21,757 nt of DNA. It comes from Deinococcales bacterium. Its GTDB lineage: Bacteria > Deinococcota > Deinococci > Deinococcales > JAAFIG01. Of this stretch, positions 8,464-17,874 are shown in pieces. The first letter of the stretch is position 1, and every line of letters starts with the position of its first letter. Location: positions 1 through 21,757 of the forward strand of contig JAYWGM010000055.1 in assembly GCA_043778225.1 (NCBI GenBank), read 5' to 3'. The notes beneath the pieces were generated by a model, which saw nothing but the letters and a program-made list of their open reading frames with translations, was not told where the DNA came from and did no database searches. The position numbers and the translations under genes are program-made.

Positions 8464-9219
8464 ATGACCAAGACCATAGACCTCAATGCCGATGCTGGAG
8501 AATCTTATGGCACTTGGCAACTTGGCGCGGATGCGGCGCTTTTCCCATACTTAACCAGTGTCAATCTGGCTTGTGGTTTCCACGCTGGCGACCCAAGTAC
8601 CATCCTGCGTAGCCTCGAGTTGGCTGCCAAACACCAGCTTGCGGTTGGGGCGCACCCAAGTTTTCCAGATCTGGTTGGTTTTGGGCGGCGCGAAATGACC
8701 CTCGAGCCAGACCAGATTTATAGCGATGTGCTGTACCAAATTGCGGCTTTAGGTGGCATGGCAAATACCCAAGGCTTGCAGTTGCACCATGTCAAAGCCC
8801 ATGGCGCACTCTACAACCAAGCGGCTCGAGCAATAACCACGGCTCGAGCCATTGCCAAAGCGGTACGGGATTTTGGTTCTGGTGTGCCTTTGGTCGGTTT
8901 GCCTAACTCAAAACTCGAGCAGGCTGCTCTAGAATTTGGCTTACCATTTATTGCCGAAGCCTTTCCAGAACGTGGCTACCTTGAAACTGGTGAACTTGCG
9001 CCGCGCAGTCTGCTTGGCTCGAGTATTCACGACCCTGATGTGGCAGCCACAAGGGCAGTCCAGATGGTGCTTGGGCAAATCCAGACCCTCGAAGGCACAA
9101 GGCTGGCGCAGCAAGCCCAAACGCTGTGTATTCATGGCGATAACCCTAATGCGGTACAGATTGCCAAGGCTGTTCGGGCGGCGCTCGAGGTGGCTGGTAT
9201 CGAGCTTAGGGCGTACTGA
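8464..9219 (+). CDS. pxpA: 5-oxoprolinase subunit A (LamB/YcsF family)
   Basis: IDLNADAGESYG, NLACGFHAGDP, GAHPSFPDLVGFGRR, HVKAHGALYN and TLCIHGDNP. ATG at 8464. Confidence 0.93.
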   Translation: MTKTIDLNADAGESYGTWQLGADAALFPYLTSVNLACGFHAGDPSTILRSLELAAKHQLAVGAHPSFPDLVGFGRREMTLEPDQIYSDVLYQIAALGGMANTQGLQLHHVKAHGALYNQAARAITTARAIAKAVRDFGSGVPLVGLPNSKLEQAALEFGLPFIAEAFPERGYLETGELAPRSLLGSSIHDPDVAATRAVQMVLGQIQTLEGTRLAQQAQTLCIHGDNPNAVQIAKAVRAALEVAGIELRAY

Positions 9220-10721
9220 TGCGTTTAGGGTTTTACCTTCCTTTTGCCAAAAAGCCCGATGTTATAGCTTCGGCTCGAGCCTTAAATGCCCTCAAAGCCA
9301 TGCGCCAAAATCTGCTCTCAGGAGTGACCGAAATAATTCCCAGCTACCTCAATATTTATTTTGAATTCGAGGCTCGAGTGACTACAAAAAAAGTGGTACA
9401 GGCTTGGGCAAATTCTTATCTGTCGCGGAATTGGCAACAGCCAACCCAGCCCCAAACCGTCGAAATTCCAGTTGAGTACAACGGTATAGACCTTGACTTT
9501 ATTGCCGAAAAAACAGGCTTAACGATTGCCGAAGTTATTCGGTTGCACGCGAGCCAGATGTATCATACTTTTGCAGTCGGTTTTACGCCGGGTTTCCCAT
9601 TTTTAGGGGTGCTGCCAGAAGCGCTCCATTTGCCACGGCGTGCCACACCCAGAGCCAAAGTCCAAGCCCACTCGGTAGCAATGGCGCTTGGGCAGACTGG
9701 GGTTTATCCATTCTCGAGTCCGGGTGGCTGGCATATTCTGGGTACGGCTGGCGTAGCCATGTTTGACCCACACCGTGACCGACCTTTTTGGGTCGAAGCT
9801 GGCGATTCGGTGCGTTTTGTGCCAACCCAAAGCGCACAAATCCCTAAACTCGAGCCAGTTCGGTTATTGCCACTCGAGCCACGTTTTCCAGTCTTAAAAC
9901 TCGAGCAGGCTGGTTTACAAACCCTGCTGCTCGATGCTGGGCGCAGCCATGTCGGGCATTTTGGTTTGGCACAGTCTGGGGTGCTGGATTCACGCAGTGC
10001 TGCCCTTGCCAATGCCGTGGTTGGCAATACCGCCAGCACACCATTGCTCGAGCTAACCCTGACGGGTGGTGTGTTTACGGCATTGACCGATGTCGTGCTG
10101 GGCTTTGCGGGTTATGGCATGAACCCGATACTGGGTGGCGAAGCAATAGCGGCTGCCTCGAGTTTTTTGTTGCGCCGTGGGCAAACGCTGCGATTTGCGC
10201 CAAGCCAAATCGGGGTACGTGCTTACCTCAGTGTGGCTGGTGGCTTTGAGGCACAACCAATCTGGGGCAGCGTCAGTTCGGATGCTCGGGCTGGGTTGGG
10301 TCGAGCTTTACAAGCTGGTGATGTGCTTGGGTCGGCTTTTCCTCGAGCCACAAGGGCTGGGTTTTACTTATCACAGCCCAAACTCGAGCCTCGGGCTTTA
10401 CGTTTACTCGAGGGAGCGCAACCAAACCCAGAGGCGCTCGCCAGACTGTGCGAGCAGCCATTTGTGCTTGAACGGGCTGACCGTATGGGCGCAAGGTTAT
10501 CTGGGGCAGCCGTGGCTGGTGGGGAGGTCTCGAGTGAAGCCACTGCCTTTGGTGCGCTGCAAATCACGCCGAGTGGTCAGCCGATTATTCTGCTGCACGA
10601 CCGTGGGCGAATGGGTGGCTATAGCAAACCTGCCCTGCTTCATCCCAGCGATGTATGGCGTTTGGCACAATTGCGCGATGGACAATTACTGCATTTCTCG
10701 AGATTTTTGAACTCGGTCTAA
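9219..10721 (+). CDS. pxpBC: Fused 5-oxoprolinase subunits B and C (KipI-KipA / allophanate hydrolase subunits 1+2)
   Basis: GFTPGFPFLG, PRRATPR and TGVYPFSSPGGWHILG (PxpB); ALANAVVGN, GVRAYLSVAGG, DRMGARL and GGYSK (PxpC). TGATG overlap with pxpA. Confidence 0.9.
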   Translation: MRLGFYLPFAKKPDVIASARALNALKAMRQNLLSGVTEIIPSYLNIYFEFEARVTTKKVVQAWANSYLSRNWQQPTQPQTVEIPVEYNGIDLDFIAEKTGLTIAEVIRLHASQMYHTFAVGFTPGFPFLGVLPEALHLPRRATPRAKVQAHSVAMALGQTGVYPFSSPGGWHILGTAGVAMFDPHRDRPFWVEAGDSVRFVPTQSAQIPKLEPVRLLPLEPRFPVLKLEQAGLQTLLLDAGRSHVGHFGLAQSGVLDSRSAALANAVVGNTASTPLLELTLTGGVFTALTDVVLGFAGYGMNPILGGEAIAAASSFLLRRGQTLRFAPSQIGVRAYLSVAGGFEAQPIWGSVSSDARAGLGRALQAGDVLGSAFPRATRAGFYLSQPKLEPRALRLLEGAQPNPEALARLCEQPFVLERADRMGARLSGAAVAGGEVSSEATAFGALQITPSGQPIILLHDRGRMGGYSKPALLHPSDVWRLAQLRDGQLLHFSRFLNSV

Positions 10722-10826
10722 TTTTTATTTCCCAAACTGACCCCAAAACCTTGTAGAATCTCGAGCATTCCCCAAAGTATCTTGCAGTTTCTAGCTCGAG
10801 ATACGCTTTGCCTAATAGGAGGCACA

Positions 10827-11288
10827 ATGGATCCCAAAGACCTCAAACGAATTTTAGATGCCCTCAAAGATGCCGATGTTTCCGAATTTAACCTCGAGAC
10901 CCCGGAGTACAAAGTTCATGTCAAACGCGGCGACCAAATTATCCATATGGCTGCTCCAAGCCCAATGGTGCTGGCTGCCCCCGCTCCAGTCCAAGTGGCG
11001 GCGGCGCTACCCGCTCCAAGCACGACCGAAACCGCTCCAGTCGAAAAAATAAATGGTCATCAGGTCAAAGCCCCGATTGTGGGTACATTTTACCGCTCGA
11101 GTAGCCCAGATGCGGCTGTGTTTGTCCAACTTGGCGATAAAGTCGAATCCGGACAAGTGTTGTGCATTATCGAAGCGATGAAACTGATGAATGAAATCGA
11201 ATCGGATAAAGCTGGCACAGTGCGCGAAATTCTTGTTTCCAATGCCCAGCCAGTCGAATATGGACAGGCTTTATTTGTGATTGAGTAG
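10827..11288 (+). CDS. accB: Biotin carboxyl carrier protein
   Basis: Ala/Pro linker, APIVGTFYRSSSP and the biotinylation motif EAMKLMNEI. RBS AGGAGG at 10817-10822. Confidence 0.95.
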   Translation: MDPKDLKRILDALKDADVSEFNLETPEYKVHVKRGDQIIHMAAPSPMVLAAPAPVQVAAALPAPSTTETAPVEKINGHQVKAPIVGTFYRSSSPDAAVFVQLGDKVESGQVLCIIEAMKLMNEIESDKAGTVREILVSNAQPVEYGQALFVIE

Positions 11289-11316
11289 CAGGGCGACCAC
11301 AAGGGTCGCGCCCTAC
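11288..11316 (-). repeat. REP-like palindrome between accB and accC
   Basis: Minus strand reads GTAGGGCGCGACC-CTTGT-GGTCGCCCTGC: a GTAG tetranucleotide followed by an imperfect GC-rich hairpin. Confidence 0.6.
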
Positions 11317-11369
11317 AAGGTCAAAAAGATGATTTTTGTGGGAGGGGTTTATCTGAGCTCGAGGTTGCT

Positions 11370-12707
11370 ATGTTCAAAAAAATTTTAATTGCTAACCGTG
11401 GCGAAATTGCGCTGCGGGTGATTCGCACTGCCAAAGAAATGGGTATTAAAACCGTGCTGGTCTACTCCGAAGCCGATGTTGGCAGTTTGCCGGTGCTGCT
11501 TGCCGACGAAACCGTCTGTGTTGGACCGCCCGCCTCGAGTGGCTCGTACCTCAATATCCCCAATGTGCTGTCGGCAGCCGTCATGACTGGCGCAGAGGCG
11601 ATTCATCCGGGCTACGGGTTTTTATCCGAAAATCCAGATTTTGCCGAAAAATGCCGCGACCACGGGATTGTCTTTATCGGACCAACCCCAGAATCAATGC
11701 ACGCTTTGGGTTCTAAAGCTGGTGGGCGCGAAATTGCACGGCTTTCCAATGTGCCAGTTGTGCCGGGTTCTGGCTTACTCGAGTCCACCGAAGATGCGAT
11801 TGTGCAAGCCGAAAAAATTGGTTATCCGGTCTTACTCAAAGCCAGTGCTGGCGGCGGTGGGCGCGGGCAGAAAATCGTGCGCTCGAGCGAAGAAATGCAG
11901 TCGAGCTTTAACCAAGCTGCCCAAGAAGCGCTCTCGTATTTTAGCGACCCAGCCTTGATTATGGAAAAACTGATTATGGAATTTCGCCATGTCGAAGTTC
12001 AGGTCATGGGCGATGGAAGTGGTCATGTGATTCACATCGGCGAACGCGATTGCAGCATCCAGCGCCGCAACCAAAAACTGATTGAAGAAGCCCCAAGTAC
12101 CCTACCCGCCGATCTGCGCGACGAAATTCTGGCGGCTGGGGTGCGCCTTGCTAAGCACGTCAATTATAGCGGCGCGGGGACTTTAGAATTTATTGTTGAC
12201 CCAGAAAATAATTTTTATTTTATGGAAATGAACACCCGAATCCAAGTCGAGCATTGTGTTTCTGAAAGTATCTCGAGGCTTGATTTTGTGCGTTTACAAA
12301 TTGAGATTGCGGCGGGTATGGGTTTAACGCTACAGCAATCAGACATTCGACTCGAGGGTCATGCGATTGAATGCCGCATTAACGCCGAAGACCCCGATAA
12401 GGATTTTCGCCCTGCGGCTGGTAAACTCGAGAGCGTCCATTTTGCAGGTGGAGTTGGGGTGCGAATAGACAGCCATGCTTTTAGTGGTTACACCATTCCG
12501 CCACATTACGACAGTTTAATCGGCAAGCTGATTTGTTGGGCACCAACTCGAGACATGGCAATTGCCAGAACCAAACGGGCATTGGATGAAACTGTGATTC
12601 AGGGTGTCAAAACCACAATTCCGTTGTATGTCAAAATCATGCAGAATGCTTTTTATCAGCGCGGTGTGGTGCTGACCAATTTCTTAAAAACCCGTATGGA
12701 GATGTAG
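11370..12707 (+). CDS. accC: Biotin carboxylase
   Basis: MFKKILIANRGEIALRVIR, IHPGYGFLSEN, KASAGGGGRG, ERDCSIQRRNQK and EMNTRIQVEH. Confidence 0.96.
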   Translation: MFKKILIANRGEIALRVIRTAKEMGIKTVLVYSEADVGSLPVLLADETVCVGPPASSGSYLNIPNVLSAAVMTGAEAIHPGYGFLSENPDFAEKCRDHGIVFIGPTPESMHALGSKAGGREIARLSNVPVVPGSGLLESTEDAIVQAEKIGYPVLLKASAGGGGRGQKIVRSSEEMQSSFNQAAQEALSYFSDPALIMEKLIMEFRHVEVQVMGDGSGHVIHIGERDCSIQRRNQKLIEEAPSTLPADLRDEILAAGVRLAKHVNYSGAGTLEFIVDPENNFYFMEMNTRIQVEHCVSESISRLDFVRLQIEIAAGMGLTLQQSDIRLEGHAIECRINAEDPDKDFRPAAGKLESVHFAGGVGVRIDSHAFSGYTIPPHYDSLIGKLICWAPTRDMAIARTKRALDETVIQGVKTTIPLYVKIMQNAFYQRGVVLTNFLKTRMEM

Positions 12708-13856
12708 TTCGGCTTGTAAAATGTCTTGCACTGTCTCACGTCGGCGCAAGACCACCCAAGCATCGTCCTCGAGTAGCACTTCGGCAGGGCGAGGGCGGGT
12801 CAGGTAATTGCTTGCCATGCTCGAGCCATATGCGCCAGCTTGGCTGATGCAAATCAGGTCGCCGACCTCTGGCTCGGCAATTTTGACATCGCGCCCCAAA
12901 ATATCGCCAGATTCGCAAGCTGCTCCTGCAATATCAAGCGTTACGGTGGCTCGAGTGGCGCTCAGGTTTTCGATTGGATGCACTGCGCCGTACAACATTG
13001 GGCGCAATAACTCGGACATTCCAGAATCCACCACCGCAAAAGTTCGAGCAGTTTTTTTCTTCTCGAGAACGGTGGTCAATAGCACCCCACTTTCGGACAC
13101 CAGCCAACGTCCGGGTTCAATCCAGAGTTCAGACGCGCCAAAAGCATCAGCAGCTTGGTGTCCAAGTTTGGCTAATGGCTCGAGGTCAAAGCCTAAACCA
13201 AAGCCGCCGCCCATATCAAAAACTTGCCTCGAGCCAATCTGTTTGGCAAGCCCCGCCATCCGCTCGAGTGCCAGCAGATAATCGTTTGGGTCTTCGATGC
13301 TGCTGCCGATGTGCATTTGTAGCCCAACCACTTCTAAACCAGCTTTTTCGGCGTTCTGTACGGCTACAGGCACATCCTCGAGACTGACCCCAAACTTGCT
13401 GCTGGCGTTGCCCGTCGCCAAATGGTCGTGGGTCGAAACCTTTAAGCCCGGATTGACCCGAATCAGCACTTGGGCGTTGGGCGCGTACTTGGCGGCTCGG
13501 GTGGCTTCATCGGTATTGTCGAGAATGATGTATGCTCCGACTTCTTTGGCTTTTGTATAATCAGCATTGAGTTTGCCGGGTCCGTTCATGACCATTTGCC
13601 TACCCGTCGCCCCAGCTAAAATTGCCCGCTCGAGTTCGCCGCCAGACACGGCTTCAAAGCCCACGCCCAGCGCGTTTAGGCGTTTGAGAATCCCAAGGTT
13701 GGGGTTGGCTTTGATTGCATAAAAAATTTTGGCTGAACCAAATGCCACTTTTAGCCGCTCGAGTTGTGTCTGAATGACTTGCCAATCGTAAGCATAGAGT
13801 GGTGTGCCATAAGTTTGGGCTGCCTCGAGTAACAAAGTTTTGAAAGCTGAACGCAT
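12684..13856 (-). CDS. lysA: Diaminopimelate decarboxylase (fold type III PLP decarboxylase)
   Basis: YGTPLYAYD, YAIKANPN (PLP lysine), SKFG, HIGS, EPGR, ACESGD and GAYGSSMASNY. Overlaps the accC 3' end by 24 bp. Confidence 0.85.
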   Translation of the reverse strand: MRSAFKTLLLEAAQTYGTPLYAYDWQVIQTQLERLKVAFGSAKIFYAIKANPNLGILKRLNALGVGFEAVSGGELERAILAGATGRQMVMNGPGKLNADYTKAKEVGAYIILDNTDEATRAAKYAPNAQVLIRVNPGLKVSTHDHLATGNASSKFGVSLEDVPVAVQNAEKAGLEVVGLQMHIGSSIEDPNDYLLALERMAGLAKQIGSRQVFDMGGGFGLGFDLEPLAKLGHQAADAFGASELWIEPGRWLVSESGVLLTTVLEKKKTARTFAVVDSGMSELLRPMLYGAVHPIENLSATRATVTLDIAGAACESGDILGRDVKIAEPEVGDLICISQAGAYGSSMASNYLTRPRPAEVLLEDDAWVVLRRRETVQDILQAELHLHTGF

Positions 13857-13862
13857 GGCTCG

Positions 13863-13870
13863 AGTATACT
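13863..13870. promoter_or_regulatory. Palindromic bidirectional -10 element for leaderless lysA and ALDH transcripts
   Basis: AGTATACT reads TATACT on both strands, each exactly 6 nt before an ATG (13877 on +, 13856 on -). Confidence 0.7.
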
Positions 13871-13876
13871 GCTACG

Positions 13877-15340
13877 ATGCAAAGTAAACTTTTTATTGGC
13901 GGTTCGTGGGTCGCAGCGACTGGCGGCACACTCGAGGTCGTCAACCCCAGCAACGAAGAAATTCTGAGTTATGCACCCAATGCCAGCCCCGCCGACGTAG
14001 ATACAGCCGTAGAAGCGGCTCGAGTGGCTTTTAAGACTTGGAAGCGCACCACAGGCGCAGAACGAGCCGTATTTTTAAGTGCCATTGCCCAAGGGGTGCG
14101 AAATCGCAAAGAAGCACTGGCGCGACTCGAGACCCAACAAAACGGTAAGCCTCTGCCCGAAGCGCTGTGGGACATGGATGATGTGGCGGCTTGTTTTGAC
14201 TACTACGCCCAACTTGCTATAGACCTTGACTCGAGGCTCGAGACCGAAATTATTTTGCCAAATCCAGACTTTAGCAGTTTGGCACGGCTCGAGCCAGTCG
14301 GGGTGGTCGGGCAGATTATTCCGTGGAATTACCCACTTTTAATGCTGGCGTGGAAAGTTGCCCCAGCATTATCAGCAGGCTGTTGCAGTGTGCTTAAACC
14401 ATCCGAACTGACCCCTTTTACCGCCCTCGAGCTTGGGGAAATTGCACTCGAGGCTGGGTTGCCATCTGGAGTGCTGAACATTGTGAGTGGTGGGCGCGAA
14501 ACAGGCGCAGCCCTAGCCGACCATCAGGGTATAGATAAACTGGCATTTACAGGCAGTGTCGCCACTGGGCGCAAGGTCATGCAGGCAGCGACCACAGGCA
14601 TCAAAAACATCACGCTCGAGTTGGGTGGCAAATCGCCAATACTGGTTTTTAACGACAGCGATTTAGACCAAGCCATTGAGTGGATTCTGTTTGGGATTTT
14701 TTGGAATAAAGGCGAGGTTTGTAGCGCCACCAGTCGGTTGTTGGTGCAGTCCGAAATTGCGCCGGCTTTATGGAGTCGCCTCAAGCTCGAGTGCGAAAAA
14801 ATAACCATCGGCGACCCGCTCGAGGCTGGAGTCTTGCTTGGACCACTGGTCTCGAGTGGACAATACCAAAAAGTGCTTTCGTTCCTCGAAGTCGCCAAAG
14901 CCGAAGGATTAACATTGCTGACTGGCGGCAAGCGCCCAAGCCATTTAGCCAAAGGGTTTTATCTCGAGCCAACCGTTTTTACCGATGTCCCAAGCAGCAG
15001 CCGCCTCTGGACAGAAGAAATTTTTGGACCGGTGCTGGTTGCCCAGACCTTCACCACCGAAGCCCAAGCCCTCGAGTTGGCAAATTCTAGCAACTTTGGT
15101 TTGGCAGCAGCTGTACTCTCCAAAGATTTAACCCGTTGCCAACGGGTGGCTCGAGAACTCGAGGCGGGTATTGTCTGGATTAATTGCTCGCAACCGACTT
15201 TTTGTGAAGCCCCATGGGGTGGCTATAAACAGAGCGGTATTGGGCGCGAACTTGGGCATTGGGGTTTAGACAATTACCTCGAGACCAAGCAAATTACCAG
15301 TTACAACACCGATAAGCCATGGGGTTGGTACATTAAATAG
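13877..15340 (+). CDS. Aldehyde dehydrogenase, betaine/aminoaldehyde dehydrogenase (ALDH10-like)
   Basis: [32 protein letters not shown], catalytic [16 protein letters not shown] and C-terminal PWGWY. Confidence 0.88.
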   Translation: MQSKLFIGGSWVAATGGTLEVVNPSNEEILSYAPNASPADVDTAVEAARVAFKTWKRTTGAERAVFLSAIAQGVRNRKEALARLETQQNGKPLPEALWDMDDVAACFDYYAQLAIDLDSRLETEIILPNPDFSSLARLEPVGVVGQIIPWNYPLLMLAWKVAPALSAGCCSVLKPSELTPFTALELGEIALEAGLPSGVLNIVSGGRETGAALADHQGIDKLAFTGSVATGRKVMQAATTGIKNITLELGGKSPILVFNDSDLDQAIEWILFGIFWNKGEVCSATSRLLVQSEIAPALWSRLKLECEKITIGDPLEAGVLLGPLVSSGQYQKVLSFLEVAKAEGLTLLTGGKRPSHLAKGFYLEPTVFTDVPSSSRLWTEEIFGPVLVAQTFTTEAQALELANSSNFGLAAAVLSKDLTRCQRVARELEAGIVWINCSQPTFCEAPWGGYKQSGIGRELGHWGLDNYLETKQITSYNTDKPWGWYIK

Positions 15341-16196
15341 CTCGTGCCTCAAATCTTTTTGAGGGCAGTACAAATTCATCTTGGGCAGCAATCAACTGAA
15401 TTTCTCGAGTGCCAAGCTGGTGTGTCAGTTCGAGCAAGTTATAGAGCGCACTGGCGGCATTCTCGAGTGCCAGTTTTAGACTGCCCGTCTTTAAGTAATG
15501 CCCTAAAAACAGAGCCGCAATACAATCGCCAGTGCCATTGCGCGGTGGGTCAAGTAAAATTTTAGGTGTCTCGAGCAACCACGCGCCCTCACTCGAGACC
15601 GCCAAGACTTCGATGCTGTCTTGGCGTAGCTCGAGGCTTGTGACCAGCACCAGACCATTTGGGCGCATCTTGGAGCGCAACGCCAGAGTCGCATTCAGTG
15701 CATCCTCAAGGGTCTGAATCTGCAAGCCAGTCAAAAGCTCGAGTTCAAATTGATTGGGGGTCAATATATCGGCTTGTGGCACAACATTTTGGCGGATAAG
15801 GTCTGGCAATTCTGGGCGCACAAAAATGCCACGCCCGACATCGCCCATGACTGGATCGCAACAAAAAAGCGCCTTGGGGTTGGCGGCGCGTACCTTTGCG
15901 ACTGCCTCGAGAATCGCTTGAGCCGTGTCTGGTGCGCCCATATAGCCAGACAGCACCGCCGTACATTCGGGCAGCACGCCTCGGTCTTCGATGCCTTGAA
16001 TCAGGGCTTTGGTCTGTTCGGCTGGAAAAACTTGCCCAGTCCACGCGCCATACCCAGTGTGGTTACTAAATTGCACGGTATGGACTGCCCAGACTTCAAA
16101 ACCAAGGCGCTGCAACGGGAAAACAGCCGCCGCGTTGCCTGCATGACCGTAGCTCACCCAGCTTTGAATCGAGAGGATATTTTGTGGTTTTTGCAT
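15333..16196 (-). CDS. pdxY: Pyridoxal kinase
   Basis: [52 protein letters not shown] and NGTGD. Confidence 0.93.
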   Translation of the reverse strand: MQKPQNILSIQSWVSYGHAGNAAAVFPLQRLGFEVWAVHTVQFSNHTGYGAWTGQVFPAEQTKALIQGIEDRGVLPECTAVLSGYMGAPDTAQAILEAVAKVRAANPKALFCCDPVMGDVGRGIFVRPELPDLIRQNVVPQADILTPNQFELELLTGLQIQTLEDALNATLALRSKMRPNGLVLVTSLELRQDSIEVLAVSSEGAWLLETPKILLDPPRNGTGDCIAALFLGHYLKTGSLKLALENAASALYNLLELTHQLGTREIQLIAAQDEFVLPSKRFEARAI

Positions 16197-16199
16197 GAC

Positions 16200-16673
16200 C
16201 TAAGCCACCATCGGTTTACTGGTTTTGCCACTCAGGCTTCTGAACCTCGAGACCGCATTGACATCCTCGGCTAACTCGAGCATATCGAGGTAAATATCAT
16301 CGGCATAGTATGCCAGTGCGGTTAATCCTTCGGCAAAAACCTCATAACGCAGTGCCGACATCGGTAATTCGACGGTCAGAGTTACATCCTCGTCTTCGTC
16401 GAGGACAAATTTGGCTAAGTTCATTTCACGGTTAAAGTGCAGCATCGCTTCCATGGTATGGACTCGGGTTTTCTCGAGTTCTGGGGCGGGTACAAACGGC
16501 GAGATGGTCATGTAGAGCCATGCTTCGGTTAAGCGCATATAAATTGTAAAAAAACCATTTTCACCCTTAAAGCCAGTCCGCCAGACACCATCGCCAATGG
16601 TTTCAAAGCTCCAACCGTATTCTCCAAAAAACTTTTCAACTGTTTGCGGTTTGACCTCGGTCACATTTTGCAT
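16200..16673 (-). CDS. YbjN-domain protein (type III secretion chaperone-like fold)
   Basis: 157 aa and acidic. The pattern MLHFNREMNLAKFVLDEDEDVTLTVELP resembles the YbjN family. Ends 3 bp before pdxY. Confidence 0.65.
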   Translation of the reverse strand: MQNVTEVKPQTVEKFFGEYGWSFETIGDGVWRTGFKGENGFFTIYMRLTEAWLYMTISPFVPAPELEKTRVHTMEAMLHFNREMNLAKFVLDEDEDVTLTVELPMSALRYEVFAEGLTALAYYADDIYLDMLELAEDVNAVSRFRSLSGKTSKPMVA

Positions 16674-16696
16674 TCTACCCCTTTATGGTGAAATAA

Positions 16697-16741
16697 CTTT
16701 TGACCTTTTGACCTTTTGACCTTTTGACTTTTTGACCTTTT
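16697..16741. repeat. Intergenic octamer tandem repeat (C/T)TTTTGAC x5
   Basis: CTTTTGAC x4, TTTTTGAC, then partial CTTTT, starting at the aminotransferase stop codon. Confidence 0.95.
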
Positions 16742-17814
16742 CACCCTAGCAACCCTGCCAAGCGTTTCATGCCTTCATCTATCTCCTCAAAAGTCAGGGC
16801 GCAAAAAGGCAAACGCAAAAATTGGTTACCATCTTCTGGATTGACAAAAAAACCACGTCCGTCGGTTAAAGCCAGACCAGCACCTGTGGCTCGAGCCATC
16901 AATTCGGTGATACTCGAGCCACTTGGCAAATTGACTGACAAGAAAAAACCTCCATCTGGCTCGAGAAAATCGGTCAGCCCATTGGCACGCAGCGCGGCTG
17001 CCATACGCTCTAAACGCGGCGCGTATAAAGCACGTAAGCGCTCGAGTTGTGGTTCAAGATGCCCACGCTTGATAAATTCGAAAACTGTGGCTTGCCCGAG
17101 AAACGCCCCAGAAATATAAGTGTCGTTGGCAGCTTTGGCAAGTTTGGCTAACCAAGTCTTATCGCCAACCAACGTCCCAACCCGCACCCCCGGCGAAATT
17201 TGTTTGGTATACGAACTCATTTGCATAACCTTACTTGGGTTGAGTTCAAATAAACTTGGCAGACTTGTGCCACGGTAACGCAAAGGGCGGTAGGGTGCAT
17301 CCTCGAGAATCATAAAATTGTGGCTTTGCGCCAATTCCAACACCGCATGGCGTTTCTCGAGGCTCATAGTTGAGCCACTGGGATTTTGGAAATCGGCAAT
17401 GAGATACGCCAGTGTTGGCTTATGGGTTTCGACCGCTTTTTTGAACGCCTCGAGATTGACCCCATCTGGCTCGAGCGGTACTGCCACGATATTGACCCCG
17501 TGACGTTTTAACAAGGTGATGGTGCGGTCATAGGTTGGTGCTTCGACCAACACAGTAGCACCCGGCTCGAGAATCAGCCCCAGTAAATCCACAAACGACA
17601 AACTGCCATTGCCGATTAAAACTTGGTCGGTTGTTACACCGTTTTGGGCAGCCAACAATTCACGCAACGGATTAAACCCATAGCCAGTGCCATAACGCAT
17701 GGTTTCGAGTGCCAGTTTTGGGTCAGCCATCACGGCAGCCGCAGATTCACGCACCAACTCGAGTGGATAGGATTCGTCGGCTGGAACACCACGGGTTAAT
17801 TGAATCGTTTGCAT
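16741..17814 (-). CDS. PLP-dependent class I/II aminotransferase (LysN/MocR-AT-like, no HTH domain)
   Basis: VEAPTYDR, FQNPSG, ILEDAPY, SSYTKQISPGVRVG (PLP lysine) and FLRLPF. Confidence 0.88.
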   Translation of the reverse strand: MQTIQLTRGVPADESYPLELVRESAAAVMADPKLALETMRYGTGYGFNPLRELLAAQNGVTTDQVLIGNGSLSFVDLLGLILEPGATVLVEAPTYDRTITLLKRHGVNIVAVPLEPDGVNLEAFKKAVETHKPTLAYLIADFQNPSGSTMSLEKRHAVLELAQSHNFMILEDAPYRPLRYRGTSLPSLFELNPSKVMQMSSYTKQISPGVRVGTLVGDKTWLAKLAKAANDTYISGAFLGQATVFEFIKRGHLEPQLERLRALYAPRLERMAAALRANGLTDFLEPDGGFFLSVNLPSGSSITELMARATGAGLALTDGRGFFVNPEDGNQFLRLPFCALTFEEIDEGMKRLAGLLG

Positions 17815-17874
17815 AACCAGATTCTACCAAGAGAGTTGGACAACATAAAAGTAACTCGAGTAGACTGGTCACTT

